From an uncultured Nitrospiraceae bacterium (GTDB lineage Bacteria; Nitrospirota; Thermodesulfovibrionia; Thermodesulfovibrionales; Dissulfurispiraceae): a stretch of 64,000 nt of DNA. Every line of letters begins with the position of its first letter. Position 1 is the first letter of the stretch. The translations under genes were made by a program, and so were the position numbers. The stretch is taken from NCBI GenBank assembly GCA_963727805.1, contig CAVSHF010000003.1, forward strand, positions 288,001-352,000, written 5' to 3'. The notes below the pieces were generated by a model, which made no database searches, was not told where the DNA came from, and saw only the letters and a program-made list of their open reading frames with translations. Below are positions 10,311-19,265 of the stretch, piece after piece.

Positions 10311-11204
10311 TCACTTAGCGTCTATTTGCATTTTCTTAGTGATCTTTTCTTTATACATAACTTTGTCTGCCACTGATAGTAATTCATTTACATCGCAGTT
10401 AGGTACAGAATCACAGGTAACTAGTCCTATGCTTACAGATAATGTGTAAGGTCGCCCCATCTGTCCATTGAAGTTCTTTGTGTTTTCTCGAACACGCTTA
10501 ATCATTTGACGAGAATCCGGACCATCTTCATCAAACGTTATGATTGCGAATTCATCGCCCCCTATGCGAGCAACTATATCTGACTGACGAAACGTTTGTC
10601 TGAGGATACTTGACATGTCCATTAATGATTTATCACCTTCTTTGTGACCAAGATTATCGTTAATCCATTTCATATTATCTATATCAAGGTAGATCATCCA
10701 TAATACTTTCTTGAATCGCGCGGCCATCTCTAACTGTTTTTTTGCGAGCACCAAAAAACCACGCCTATTATAAAGACCTGTCAGTTCGTCAGTAATGGAT
10801 ATTGATTTGAGTTCTTGAATCAGACGCTGTCGTTCAATAGAATAGCGTATTGAGCGTACAAGACGATCTTTGTCAATCTGTCCCTTTATCAAATAGTCCT
10901 GAGCCCCAGATTTAACAGCCACGAGCGCAAGTTCTTCATCGTCGAAACCAGACAGTACGATAATCGGCATCTCCGGATTTTGCTCAATTAGTTTGAATAG
11001 TGTGGCGAGTCCATGACTGTCTGGCAGGTTAAGATCAGTAAGGATTACATCTATACTCTTATCGTCAAGATGTTTGATTGCCGCTAAAAGGCGATCAACG
11101 CATGTGATATCTATCTTAGTATATGGCACATCAGCCAAAATATCTCTAATAAACATTGTATCTGCGGGATCGTCTTCAATTAATAATAGTGTAATATTTT
11201 CCAC
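10311..11204 (-). CDS. Response regulator-diguanylate cyclase (REC-GGDEF)
   Basis: REC domain (IEDD, DLNLPD, K), intact GGDEF motif and RQSD I-site. Confidence 0.95.
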   Translation of the reverse strand: MENITLLLIEDDPADTMFIRDILADVPYTKIDITCVDRLLAAIKHLDDKSIDVILTDLNLPDSHGLATLFKLIEQNPEMPIIVLSGFDDEELALVAVKSGAQDYLIKGQIDKDRLVRSIRYSIERQRLIQELKSISITDELTGLYNRRGFLVLAKKQLEMAARFKKVLWMIYLDIDNMKWINDNLGHKEGDKSLMDMSSILRQTFRQSDIVARIGGDEFAIITFDEDGPDSRQMIKRVRENTKNFNGQMGRPYTLSVSIGLVTCDSVPNCDVNELLSVADKVMYKEKITKKMQIDAK

Positions 11205-11527
11205 ATCTTTCTCGGTATGTATAATCTGTCTCTACCATTCTATCATTACTTTCTTGATCATCAAAATCTGATGTTTCTAAACTTAGGCTTTTTTGTGTGC
11301 CGATTAGTCCTCTGCAAGCATGTGAGCCGACGATAAATTTAAATTCCTTGCTAATAGGTGATCATCATTGTTCTCTTTTTTATCGAATTGAAGAATCTGA
11401 TGGTCCATAACTTTGTGCGTCTATTTAGTCAGCTTGTAAACTTATACTATCAATTAGTGTTATCACAGAGGTGGCCCCCATTGGTTGGACAGCTTTGGGG
11501 CTGATTTAAGGTGGAAGCCACCGGTCA

Positions 11528-12394
11528 TCATGCCGCCAGTTTTCCCGGGCAACCTGCCTTTGGCAGATTCCAGTATGCTTCATGAGGCGTCCTGTCGTCC
11601 AGAGAAGAATGAGGACGCTCCTCGTTATACTGCTTGATCCACTCGCCGATGCCATTTCTTGCTTCATTGCCGGTCTCAAATGCGTATCTATAAACGCAAT
11701 CATACTTCAGTGATCGCCATAGCCGTTCAACCATCACGTTATCCACCCAGCGGCCTTTTCCGTCCATTGATATCTTTACACCGGAATCCAGGAGCGTCTG
11801 TGTGAACTCAATACTGGTGAACTGGCTGCCTTGATCGGTATTGAAGATCCCTGGTTTGCCGTATCTGGCCAAGGCCTCTTTGAGGGCTGTCACACAGAAA
11901 GCAGCTTCCATAGTGTTGCTGAGCCGCCAGCTTAAAACCTTTCGGCTCGCCCAGTCCATAATCGCCACCAAATATAGAAATCCCCGTCGCATCGGGATGA
12001 AGCTGATATCGGCGCACCACACCTGGTTTGGCTCCGTAATGTTCAAGCCTCTAAGCAGATAGGGATAGACCTTGTGCTCAGGATGCGGTTTGCTCGTGTT
12101 GGGTTTCTGGTACATCGCCATTAGCCCCATCTTCTGCATCAATCGACTTACCCGCTTCCTGTTTACCCAATATCCCTGCCGCCGTAAATAGCGCGCCATC
12201 TGACGGGCTCCATATTCCGGGGTCTTCAGAAATTGCTCGTCAATTAGGCGCATCAACTCCAGATTCTGTGCCGATTCTCCCATTGCTTCGTAATACCACG
12301 ACGAGCGGCTGATTTGAAGTAGGTTGCACTGTCTCGTAATGCTGAGCCTCGGGTGTTCCGGTTCAATTATCTCTTTCCTTCGATCGCGGCTCAT
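11528..12394 (-). CDS. IS3-family transposase OrfB (DDE integrase core)
   Basis: WCADIS, FNTDQGSQFTS and NVMVERLWRSLKY motifs. Confidence 0.95.
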   Translation of the reverse strand: MSRDRRKEIIEPEHPRLSITRQCNLLQISRSSWYYEAMGESAQNLELMRLIDEQFLKTPEYGARQMARYLRRQGYWVNRKRVSRLMQKMGLMAMYQKPNTSKPHPEHKVYPYLLRGLNITEPNQVWCADISFIPMRRGFLYLVAIMDWASRKVLSWRLSNTMEAAFCVTALKEALARYGKPGIFNTDQGSQFTSIEFTQTLLDSGVKISMDGKGRWVDNVMVERLWRSLKYDCVYRYAFETGNEARNGIGEWIKQYNEERPHSSLDDRTPHEAYWNLPKAGCPGKLAA

Positions 12395-12678
12395 CGATTG
12401 AAGGCTTTCGCTAAAAAATCCCGCTCCACTGTCAACTGCCCAATCTTGGCATGCAGTTCCGTGATTTGAGCCTCGTGAGCGTTTTCGTTACGACCGTGCT
12501 TCCCTGTAAATACATCTGCAAGCCCTTCAATAGCCTGCTTCTTCCACTCGCTAACCTGATTGGGGTGAATATTGTACCGTGATGCGATCTCTACAATCGT
12601 CGATCCCTCCCTCATTGCTTCACGCGCTACCTTTGCTTTGAACTCCCCTGAATATCGGTTCCTCTTTGTTTTGCTCAT
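12391..12678 (-). CDS. IS3-family transposase OrfA (HTH)
   Basis: YSGEFKAKVAREA...IHPNQVSEWKKQ...LHAKIGQLTVERDFL; ATGA overlap with orfB. Confidence 0.92.
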   Translation of the reverse strand: MSKTKRNRYSGEFKAKVAREAMREGSTIVEIASRYNIHPNQVSEWKKQAIEGLADVFTGKHGRNENAHEAQITELHAKIGQLTVERDFLAKAFNR

Positions 12679-12796
12679 CTCAGTGCGACCTCCAGTCAAT
12701 CGTATATTTTACACCTTATACGACTGTCCGATTTCTGGGGTCCACCTCTCACTATATCAACGCAAGCAGGGAATTAAGTGTAAAAACCTATAGGCT

Positions 12797-12837
12797 TGTA
12801 GGGGAATGCCCTACATGAAAATCAGTTAAAATCTGAT
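12797..12837. promoter_or_regulatory. Tandem palindromic boxes (TAGG/TCAG-N7-CCTA/CTGA), possible NarL/LuxR-type sites
   Basis: TGTAGGGGAATGCCCTACA and ATCAGTTAAAATCTGAT lie 23 bp apart; similar array at 28597-28660. Confidence 0.45.
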
Positions 12838-12894
12838 ATAACCTGTATCTCTAAGTTCTTATAATATAATTAATCCTAACCCTCCCTTGCAGTG

Positions 12895-12936
12895 CAGGCT
12901 GCGGTTCTCATCATAATCGCAGCCTGTTTGTTTTTT
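12895..12936 (+). terminator. Intrinsic terminator-like hairpin
   Basis: CAGGCTGCGGTT/AATCGCAGCCTG stem followed by TTTGTTTTTT. Confidence 0.6.
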
Positions 12937-13407
12937 GGCGGTAATCTGTTATACATCTATAGCTATCGGAAGTAGCGAGACATAACTTACCTTCTGTTAA
13001 TTCATGTCTTTGGGATCGAATATAGCGTTAGGGTAGCAACCCTGTTTCCACCGCAGCAAGCAGTAATGGCATGCATTGGGGATGCAGAATCTATCTTGAT
13101 ATTTGCTACTGGTGAGTGAAAAGGTGTGCGGAATAAGCGTTTTTAAAAATAACCTCGGGGAACGAATCGTTGGTATTCAAGCAGTTAACAAGATGACTAA
13201 TCGTCAGATTGCGGCAAGAAGTCCGAAGGTGCTTTGACAAATCACAGACCGTCGCAGATATCCTGATCACTTCACTTCTAAAAAGGCAAATATTTTCAGC
13301 CCTTCTGTTGTCAGCCCTTCTTGGCCATTTCCTGAAAACAGGATACCATTATATAAAAACCGACTGATTACGATGCTGGGACTTCAGTTGCCGGAAAGGA
13401 GCTTACT

Positions 13408-13547
13408 AGGATTTGGACGATCTTCATGATACTACTGATACTGTGGCTATCGGGGCTAGTGAGAAGTTACACGATGGGCGGATTCATCCATAATTTGCTT
13501 TTCCCGCGGTCATTGTGCTGGTAGCAGGCCGCTTCCAAAGGCGATAA
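13408..13547 (+). pseudogene. lmo0937-family small membrane protein remnant
   Basis: After the AAGGAG RBS the start codon reads AGG, then IWTIFMILLILWLSGLVRSYTMGGFIH, then a frameshift. Confidence 0.65.
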
Positions 13548-13623
13548 CCTTCTCCCGGAGAAGGTTATGTTACATATTGCGTTGCAATCGGATGATTGCA
13601 CATCTAAAGACAGGAGGAAAGGG

Positions 13624-13962
13624 ATGAAGAAGGTTATTTTGTTGACAGTATTAATGGTTTTTGGGTTGGTCTTGTTATCGGGGTCTGCAGCAACCGCGGG
13701 CGAGACAGTGGGTGAATACATAGATGACTCAACGATGCATACGCAAGCTACTGCGATAGTAGTTAAAGACCCGGATGCTCACTATTTCAAGATCGGGGTG
13801 ACGGTTACACAGGGAGAAGTTGTGCTTACTGGCTTCGTGAACAGTAGAGAAACCGAGGAACGGCTCATCACAAAAATCAGGGAAATTAGGGGCATTAAAT
13901 CCATTAAGAGCCTTTTGAAGGTGGAACAGCCGAAGGACCCGCCAAAGGAACAAGCAAAGTAA
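13624..13962 (+). CDS. BON domain (OsmY-like) periplasmic protein
   Basis: Signal peptide; ETVGEYIDDS...GVTVTQGEVVLTGFV...IRGIKSIK. Confidence 0.85.
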   Translation: MKKVILLTVLMVFGLVLLSGSAATAGETVGEYIDDSTMHTQATAIVVKDPDAHYFKIGVTVTQGEVVLTGFVNSRETEERLITKIREIRGIKSIKSLLKVEQPKDPPKEQAK

Positions 13963-14001
13963 AAGGATTGAGGGCTCGGATTACTAAATATGAGGAATAC
14001 C

Positions 14002-14183
14002 ATAAAACACAGCATGAAGACCAAGGCGGAAGTGCAAGCTTCGTGAAGAGAAAGGATAATCTCAACGAGATCGCCAGGAAACTTGGCAACTATCCCAAGT
14101 TGGAAGCCAAAGGCAAAGTCGAGAAAATAGCCAGCAAAGTTCAAGGAAAGATCGGACGAGCCGAGATGGGCATAGAGAAGTAA
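14002..14183 (+). pseudogene. CsbD-family stress protein, degenerate
   Basis: EIARKLGNYPKLEAKGKVEKIASKVQGKIG matches CsbD. The 5' end is out of frame, with ATA in place of the start after GAGGA. Confidence 0.65.
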
Positions 14184-14430
14184 GAGGGTAGTATAGCAGA
14201 GTGAAAAAAGCATGCTCTGGAGATCAAGACTGCCTATTACGACGCGACATCGAGGTTCAAAGGAGAGGAGCCGTTAGGTGCGTCCATCAAGCGGTCGATG
14301 TCCTTAATTATTATTCATGTATTCGCAAATTGAGAGGCCTTCGGGCCGAGTCACTGGCAAACCCGGAAATTGACACCGCAAAGGCGGAAGAAGGGGTTTC
14401 CAGATGAGAATCAAATAAGGAGATGACAAA

Positions 14431-15399
14431 ATGAAAAAGTTAGCTTTAGGGATAATACTTTTGGCGTTGGCAATTGTCGTTCCTATTCCAACAATGGCAG
14501 GGGTAGATATAAGTATTGGATTCCCTCTGCCACCACCCATCGTATTTCAGGCACCTCCGGATGTGATAGTCATGCCCGATACGAGCGGTGTTTATGTCGT
14601 TCCTTCAATAGATACAGACATGTTTTTCTGGAATGGCTGGTGGTGGCGTCCATGGGAGGGTCGTTGGTATCGCTCATATTATTATAACCGGGGTTGGGGT
14701 TATTATAACGCTGTTCCAAGTTTTTATTTTGATGTTGACCCAGGTTGGAGAGGCTACTATAGAGACCATAATTGGTACGGTCACCGTTGGAACTATGAAC
14801 GGATTCCTAACCGAGAACTTCAACAGAACTGGAAGAGTTGGGATAGCAATCGACACTGGGAAAAGCAAGGAACCTGGGGCGTCCAGGGCTATCAACCTAG
14901 ACCTCAACAACAGATACAGGACCTAAGACATCAAAGGCAAGAGCAATATCAAAAGAGACCTGAGGTTCAGCGACATCAGCAACAGATACAGGAGCAACAA
15001 AGACAAAAGCAGCAAAGACAACCACAGGTTCAGAAACCTCAGGGTCAGCAACAGCTACAGGAACAACAAAGACAAAAGCAGCAAAGACAACCACAGGTTC
15101 AGAAACCTCAGGGTCAGCAACAGCTACAAGAACAACAAAGACAAAAGCAGCAAAGACAACCACAGGTTCAGAAATCTCAGGGTCAGCAACAGCTACAGGA
15201 ACAACAAAGACAAAAGCAGCAAAAACAACCACAGGTTCAGAAACCTCAGGGTCAGCAACAGCTACAAGAACAACAAAGACAAAAGCAGCAAAAACAACCA
15301 CAGGTTCAAAAACCTCAGGGCCAGCAACGTCAGGAGGAATCACAACATCAGCAGTCTCAAGGAAAGCCTGAGGGTGGGGAGGCAGAACACAGACGGTAG
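14431..15399 (+). CDS. Secreted Trp/Tyr-rich protein with Gln-rich tandem-repeat tail
   Basis: AGGAG RBS, signal peptide, PPPIVFQAPPDVIV..FFWNGWWWRPWEGRWYRS domain and Q-rich repeats. Confidence 0.85.
   Translation: MKKLALGIILLALAIVVPIPTMAGVDISIGFPLPPPIVFQAPPDVIVMPDTSGVYVVPSIDTDMFFWNGWWWRPWEGRWYRSYYYNRGWGYYNAVPSFYFDVDPGWRGYYRDHNWYGHRWNYERIPNRELQQNWKSWDSNRHWEKQGTWGVQGYQPRPQQQIQDLRHQRQEQYQKRPEVQRHQQQIQEQQRQKQQRQPQVQKPQGQQQLQEQQRQKQQRQPQVQKPQGQQQLQEQQRQKQQRQPQVQKSQGQQQLQEQQRQKQQKQPQVQKPQGQQQLQEQQRQKQQKQPQVQKPQGQQRQEESQHQQSQGKPEGGEAEHRR
14989..15327 (+). repeat. 69-bp (23-aa) coding tandem repeat, about 5 copies
   Basis: Near-identical units QEQQRQKQQ(R/K)QPQVQKPQGQQQL start at 14989, 15058, 15127, 15196 and 15265. 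Confidence 0.95.
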
Positions 15400-15419
15400 A
15401 GCCAAGAAGTTTAAAAACG

Positions 15420-15722
15420 TTGCGATCGATAGTATCTGTCAGCGAGGAGGAGACGGTCAGGCCGTTCAAGAAAGTGAACAGGTTAGCAGCCGTGGGCTAT
15501 ATCAGCATGGACTTGAGGCGAAGTTGGGTAGCGTGGGCGCTCATATCCAAGCTTACGAGGCTCTTCACGCGCAACAGGCTTACTCTATACGACGGCCCAA
15601 TGTTGGTGCTTCGCTCATATACTGTTGCCGAGTTGGTCGCGGTGGCTGACAGGGCTGGCTTTGTGGACCGCAGGGTGGTAAAGGAGCCGTTTTAGTTCAT
15701 GGTATCAACAGGGAAGGCGTAG
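15420..15722 (+). pseudogene. C-terminal remnant of a methyltransferase-domain protein (type III PKS-associated type)
   Basis: DLRRSWVAW...RNRLTLYDGP..VLRSYTVAEL; no N-terminal SAM-binding part and an early stop. Confidence 0.55.
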
Positions 15723-15723
15723 A

Positions 15724-15825
15724 ATGAAAAAAATTAGTTTGTCGGTTGCGACCAACTTTGACGACAGGCTCCTTGACGCCATTTCCGGGTATCCTGTAGA
15801 GGAGGTCTTCGAGAAGCTTCCCGCT
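15724..15825 (+). pseudogene. N-terminal remnant of a U32-family peptidase-like protein
   Basis: MKKISLSVATNFDDRLLDAISGYPVEEVFEKLP, then an abrupt junction into PKS sequence. Confidence 0.5.
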
Positions 15826-15829
15826 ATCT

Positions 15830-16467
15830 TCTGGGAAGCGGCTGTGGCGGCGCGATCCCGAATATGCAGCTAGCCGATGTTCTCGTTAAGCAGGCAGATG
15901 GAGGAGCAATCGTCAGCGTCTCGGTCGAGATCTGCAGCGCCACTTTCCAGATCGCCGACGATATGAGCCTGATCATCTCCAATACGCTTTTCGGTGACGG
16001 AGAAGCTGCGGCCGTCCTGCGCCAACAAGAGGGTGGTCTTGAAGTAGTCGATACCACTAGATTATGTTCCGGAAGATCGTGAATACATCCGCTACATACA
16101 CAAAAATGGGTAGCTTCATAACCAACTTTCCGTACGCCTTCATAGCCACGTCAGAAAGGCAGCGGCGCAGGGGGTGAATAATCTTCTTACACGTCGCTCG
16201 TTAGGAATAGCCGACAGTCCCCACTGGGCGCTGCATACCGGCAGTGAGAAAATCATCAATTCGATAAGGGACGAAATCGGACTCCCGGAGGCGCAGTTAG
16301 CTGCTACCAGAAGCATACTTTCCGCTTACGGGAATATGTCATCCCCGACAGTATTCTTCGTACTGAACAAGCTTATTGAAGCCGGAATGAAAAAAGGTGA
16401 CCTTTGCATGATGGTCACGTTTGGTGCCGGATTGTCGACCCATGCTTGCTTGCTGAGAAAAGTCTGA
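15830..16467 (+). pseudogene. Type III polyketide synthase (chalcone synthase-like) remnant
   Basis: GSGCGGAIP (Cys), EICSATF, LFGDG, ALHTG (His), YGNMSSP (Asn) and TFGAG motifs. N-terminus missing, frameshift near 16065, in-frame TAG at 16111. Confidence 0.8.
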
Positions 16468-16861
16468 TGTGTCACAGACCATGTTGCATGACACCCCGTC
16501 TAGCTTATAAAGAGTTGGCTAAACTTGACCAAGAGGTCCTGTTGGCTTGAAAACGTTCCCCGTTCGGAAGATTCGGCCTAATCCGTATCTGGGCTGTATT
16601 AACGGCCGGGTTTGCATTCTTTCTTGCCTTACTTACACTCTTTGTGTCCCTGTTTCTCCTAGCGCTTCCCTTGCGTATTTGCTGCCCGTAATGGATGTGT
16701 TTTCCCGTCTTGAAGCGATCCAGAAATTCTTTGGAACCCAAGATACAGAGGCAGGGATGTCGAGATGCCCACGATTTCACGGCTTATGGTTGGTCTATAA
16801 TCCGGGGTGAGGGGACAATTAGGGCCAACGGACAAATTTTCAGACAGTGTCCTAACAGCAC

Positions 16862-17158
16862 TCACCGTAAGAATACGTTACCAGACACATTGACGCATAC
16901 ATCATCTACATAGTCAAAATCATGAAAGCACCCTATGCAATCGCCCCTGCAGTCTTTTAGGATGGCGTTGCAGGTCGCCGATGCAGATCGCCATTCAAAT
17001 ACAGTAGCAGTCCCTATGAGTGAATTGCCTTTATAACAAGATACCGGCATATTCTCATCGGCACACGTCCAGCTCGTTACACAGAAAAGCACTATGACAC
17101 ATAAAAAGAAGGTTCCAATCAGTGATAAAAGTCTTTTTTGTAACATGTTACTCTTCAC
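16862..17158 (-). CDS. Small secreted Cys-rich hypothetical protein
   Basis: AGGAGG RBS, signal peptide and six Cys in the mature part. Confidence 0.65.
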   Translation of the reverse strand: MKSNMLQKRLLSLIGTFFLCVIVLFCVTSWTCADENMPVSCYKGNSLIGTATVFEWRSASATCNAILKDCRGDCIGCFHDFDYVDDVCVNVSGNVFLR

Positions 17159-17195
17159 TATCGCCTCCTTTTGATAGAACTCTGGGGTACCACAT

Positions 17196-17594
17196 TCATT
17201 TCCCCTTCTGTTTGGTCTTGTCCAAATTCAGTTTCTCCGCGCATCCGGGAGAGAGTGCAGGGTTGTGTTCTTCAAGACACCTGGCAATGCGCCCCTCACC
17301 TGGCTCGACGCCCCTACAAAACTTCTCGATATCGTTTGTGCACGCCCGTTTCGCTTCATCTAGTCTCCTTTGGCGTTCCTGGAGTTTGTCATTGCAGAGA
17401 GATGACAATTGTCCCTCGTGCTTCTTCAAACAAGTTGTGATCCTTCCGCCGCCTGGCTTCAGATCTTTACAGAAGTTTGCAATATCCTCTGTGCAGGGAC
17501 GCGTCTCTTGAGCAAAAACAGGCAATGTCCTCCAGGCGCTCCAAATAAATATGATTAGAACTAAAGTGACCAGTGTGACGATTGTTCTTGGCAT
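17196..17594 (-). CDS. Cysteine-rich repeat (GLG1-like) secreted protein
   Basis: Two C..DI..FC....PG.GRI..CL..H...LS..C repeats; AAGGAG RBS. Confidence 0.8.
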   Translation of the reverse strand: MPRTIVTLVTLVLIIFIWSAWRTLPVFAQETRPCTEDIANFCKDLKPGGGRITTCLKKHEGQLSSLCNDKLQERQRRLDEAKRACTNDIEKFCRGVEPGEGRIARCLEEHNPALSPGCAEKLNLDKTKQKGK

Positions 17595-17747
17595 GGCATC
17601 ACTCTCCTTCATTTTCCTCACCATAACGCAGCTATATTTGTCCCATGTTGGCAAGGCAATTAACTTTATCAAAATATATCAGACATTTGGCCACTAGTCA
17701 ATCTCATGTATAGTAAGAATATTCATAGTCAAATATCTCATTGACCA

Positions 17748-19265
17748 CTATGACCCTTTTAGCTGTGCCAGATTCCCTGCGAAATAAGGGTTGTCCGACA
17801 GTAAGCTGACTGCGTCACTATGCCGCAGGTGATACTTTCGCTCCAAGCTTGATAAAGAGTCGATAAAACTCTTTGTCAGGACACGAAGGATATTTGCATG
17901 AGACATGTAGAGTGGAAGGGCAGTAACAAGAGAACTTCTCTTGCTGAGGTTCCGCGGGGCGTTCACATCCGCATGCATGTTACTGTGACAAAACTGACAC
18001 TCAAAAACAGATTGAGACTTACGGTTATTCTTGTCCACATACCCGCATACTGAGCATTGCTGAGAAGTGTATGCGGGATTCTCATATCTGGTGACAATCC
18101 CGAATTCTTCTTCCAGCGACTTCAATTTGGCAACAATACAGGACTTGCCAAAGCGGGATAGCAGCCGATTCATTCTCTTTGAGAGATTGGGGTTACGAAA
18201 GTCCAACTTCTCGACGACTATCTCTGCGGGAAGATATATCTCTTTGATACGGTTGAACAACCTGTTGATCTCGTTCTTCAGATAATCCCTCAATTCAGAG
18301 ACTCTGTGGTCGTACCTCGGGCTCCGCACCGGCAACCCCTGCCGCTGCCTGTTTGCGGCAAGCGGGGTGATGCGATTGTCGTAATACAGGAGCCGACACA
18401 TAAAGTCCCTGCCAAACAGGTCCCCCTTATCAGTTGCCATTGCCGTGACAAGACCGATGTCCACGCATATCTTGTCAATCGCTGGGACATAGTCATTCTT
18501 GTGATCGGGTACGTCTTTGATGAAGCTTATGGATATCTCGTTTTTGTCATTGAGGTTCACCTGACAGAACTTCTTCTGCCTGCCGGCAATGCCATCGAAA
18601 TACGCATTGGACTCCACAGGCATATAGACGGGCTTGCCCTTCTCCAAAGTGGAAAGCCGCACCCAGTAGTCAAAAGCACTTGCGTTGCCGGGTGCCCTTT
18701 CTGAAATCACCGCCACCTTGTTATCGAGATTCATATTGATGTGTTGAAACGAAGGTTTGCGGTGCTTGGACAGGATGTGGTTGAATATTTTACGGGAGAG
18801 CTTCAGGTCCTCTGATAGCAGAGTAAGCCCTTGTTTGGCTGTATACACGTATTCTTTGTTGTTGGACTGTTTACCTTTGCCCCTTCTGGAGATCAATACC
18901 ATCGAGAAAGGGTACTTGTTGTACCACAACCCGTACTTGTTAATGGGGAACATCCGGTGTTTACTGTCATCCCTAAGGGTGCTTCGATGAATATGAAAAA
19001 CAAAATCGTTCTGCCTATTGGTAATGAAGGAATCCAGTGCCCCAACCACCTGATACTGACAGGTCTGCTTGAAGCGCTCAGATAGTAGTGTTTCAATACG
19101 CTTGATGTCACATTGCTTATTGAAGGGTTGAGCAGACTCATAGAAGCAACGCCACTGATCCCACGCAATAAGACTGGCAGTGTCCCGATAAGCCCGTATC
19201 GTCTGGATGACCTTCACCTGCTTGCCTTTGTTGGCAAGATGTTTTAGCTTATATGTCTTGTCCAT
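17748..19265 (-). CDS. tnpB: TnpB RNA-guided nuclease-family protein
   Basis: RuvC-I VDIG, RuvC-II VVEKL, NPAYTSQQCSVCG..CQFC zinc finger and RuvC-III HADVNA. Confidence 0.9.
   Translation of the reverse strand: MDKTYKLKHLANKGKQVKVIQTIRAYRDTASLIAWDQWRCFYESAQPFNKQCDIKRIETLLSERFKQTCQYQVVGALDSFITNRQNDFVFHIHRSTLRDDSKHRMFPINKYGLWYNKYPFSMVLISRRGKGKQSNNKEYVYTAKQGLTLLSEDLKLSRKIFNHILSKHRKPSFQHINMNLDNKVAVISERAPGNASAFDYWVRLSTLEKGKPVYMPVESNAYFDGIAGRQKKFCQVNLNDKNEISISFIKDVPDHKNDYVPAIDKICVDIGLVTAMATDKGDLFGRDFMCRLLYYDNRITPLAANRQRQGLPVRSPRYDHRVSELRDYLKNEINRLFNRIKEIYLPAEIVVEKLDFRNPNLSKRMNRLLSRFGKSCIVAKLKSLEEEFGIVTRYENPAYTSQQCSVCGYVDKNNRKSQSVFECQFCHSNMHADVNAPRNLSKRSSLVTALPLYMSHANILRVLTKSFIDSLSSLERKYHLRHSDAVSLLSDNPYFAGNLAQLKGS

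Larger units (their letters stand above)
11467..12749 (-). mobile_element. IS3-family insertion sequence, apparently complete
   Basis: Imperfect terminal IRs AGAGGTGGCCCCCATTGGTTGGACAG / AGAGGTGGACCCCAGAAATCGGACAG, flanked by CAC on both sides (possible 3-bp target duplication); contains orfA+orfB. Confidence 0.9.

Noticed and set aside
14340..14400. c-di-GMP-I riboswitch-like words (GGCAAAC..GAAA..CGCAAAG)
   Set aside because: The required stems do not pair.
14989..15327. Possible CRISPR array near TnpB
   Set aside because: The units are contiguous in-frame coding repeats with no unique spacers. I saw no repeat-spacer array or cas gene anywhere in the window.
14897..15469. 190-aa minus-strand ORF with hydrophobic repeats
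   Set aside because: It is the antisense shadow of the Gln-rich repeat gene, which has the RBS and signal peptide.
16480..16860. Overlapping short ORFs after the PKS remnant
   Set aside because: A hydrophobic fragment is present but no family could be recognised.
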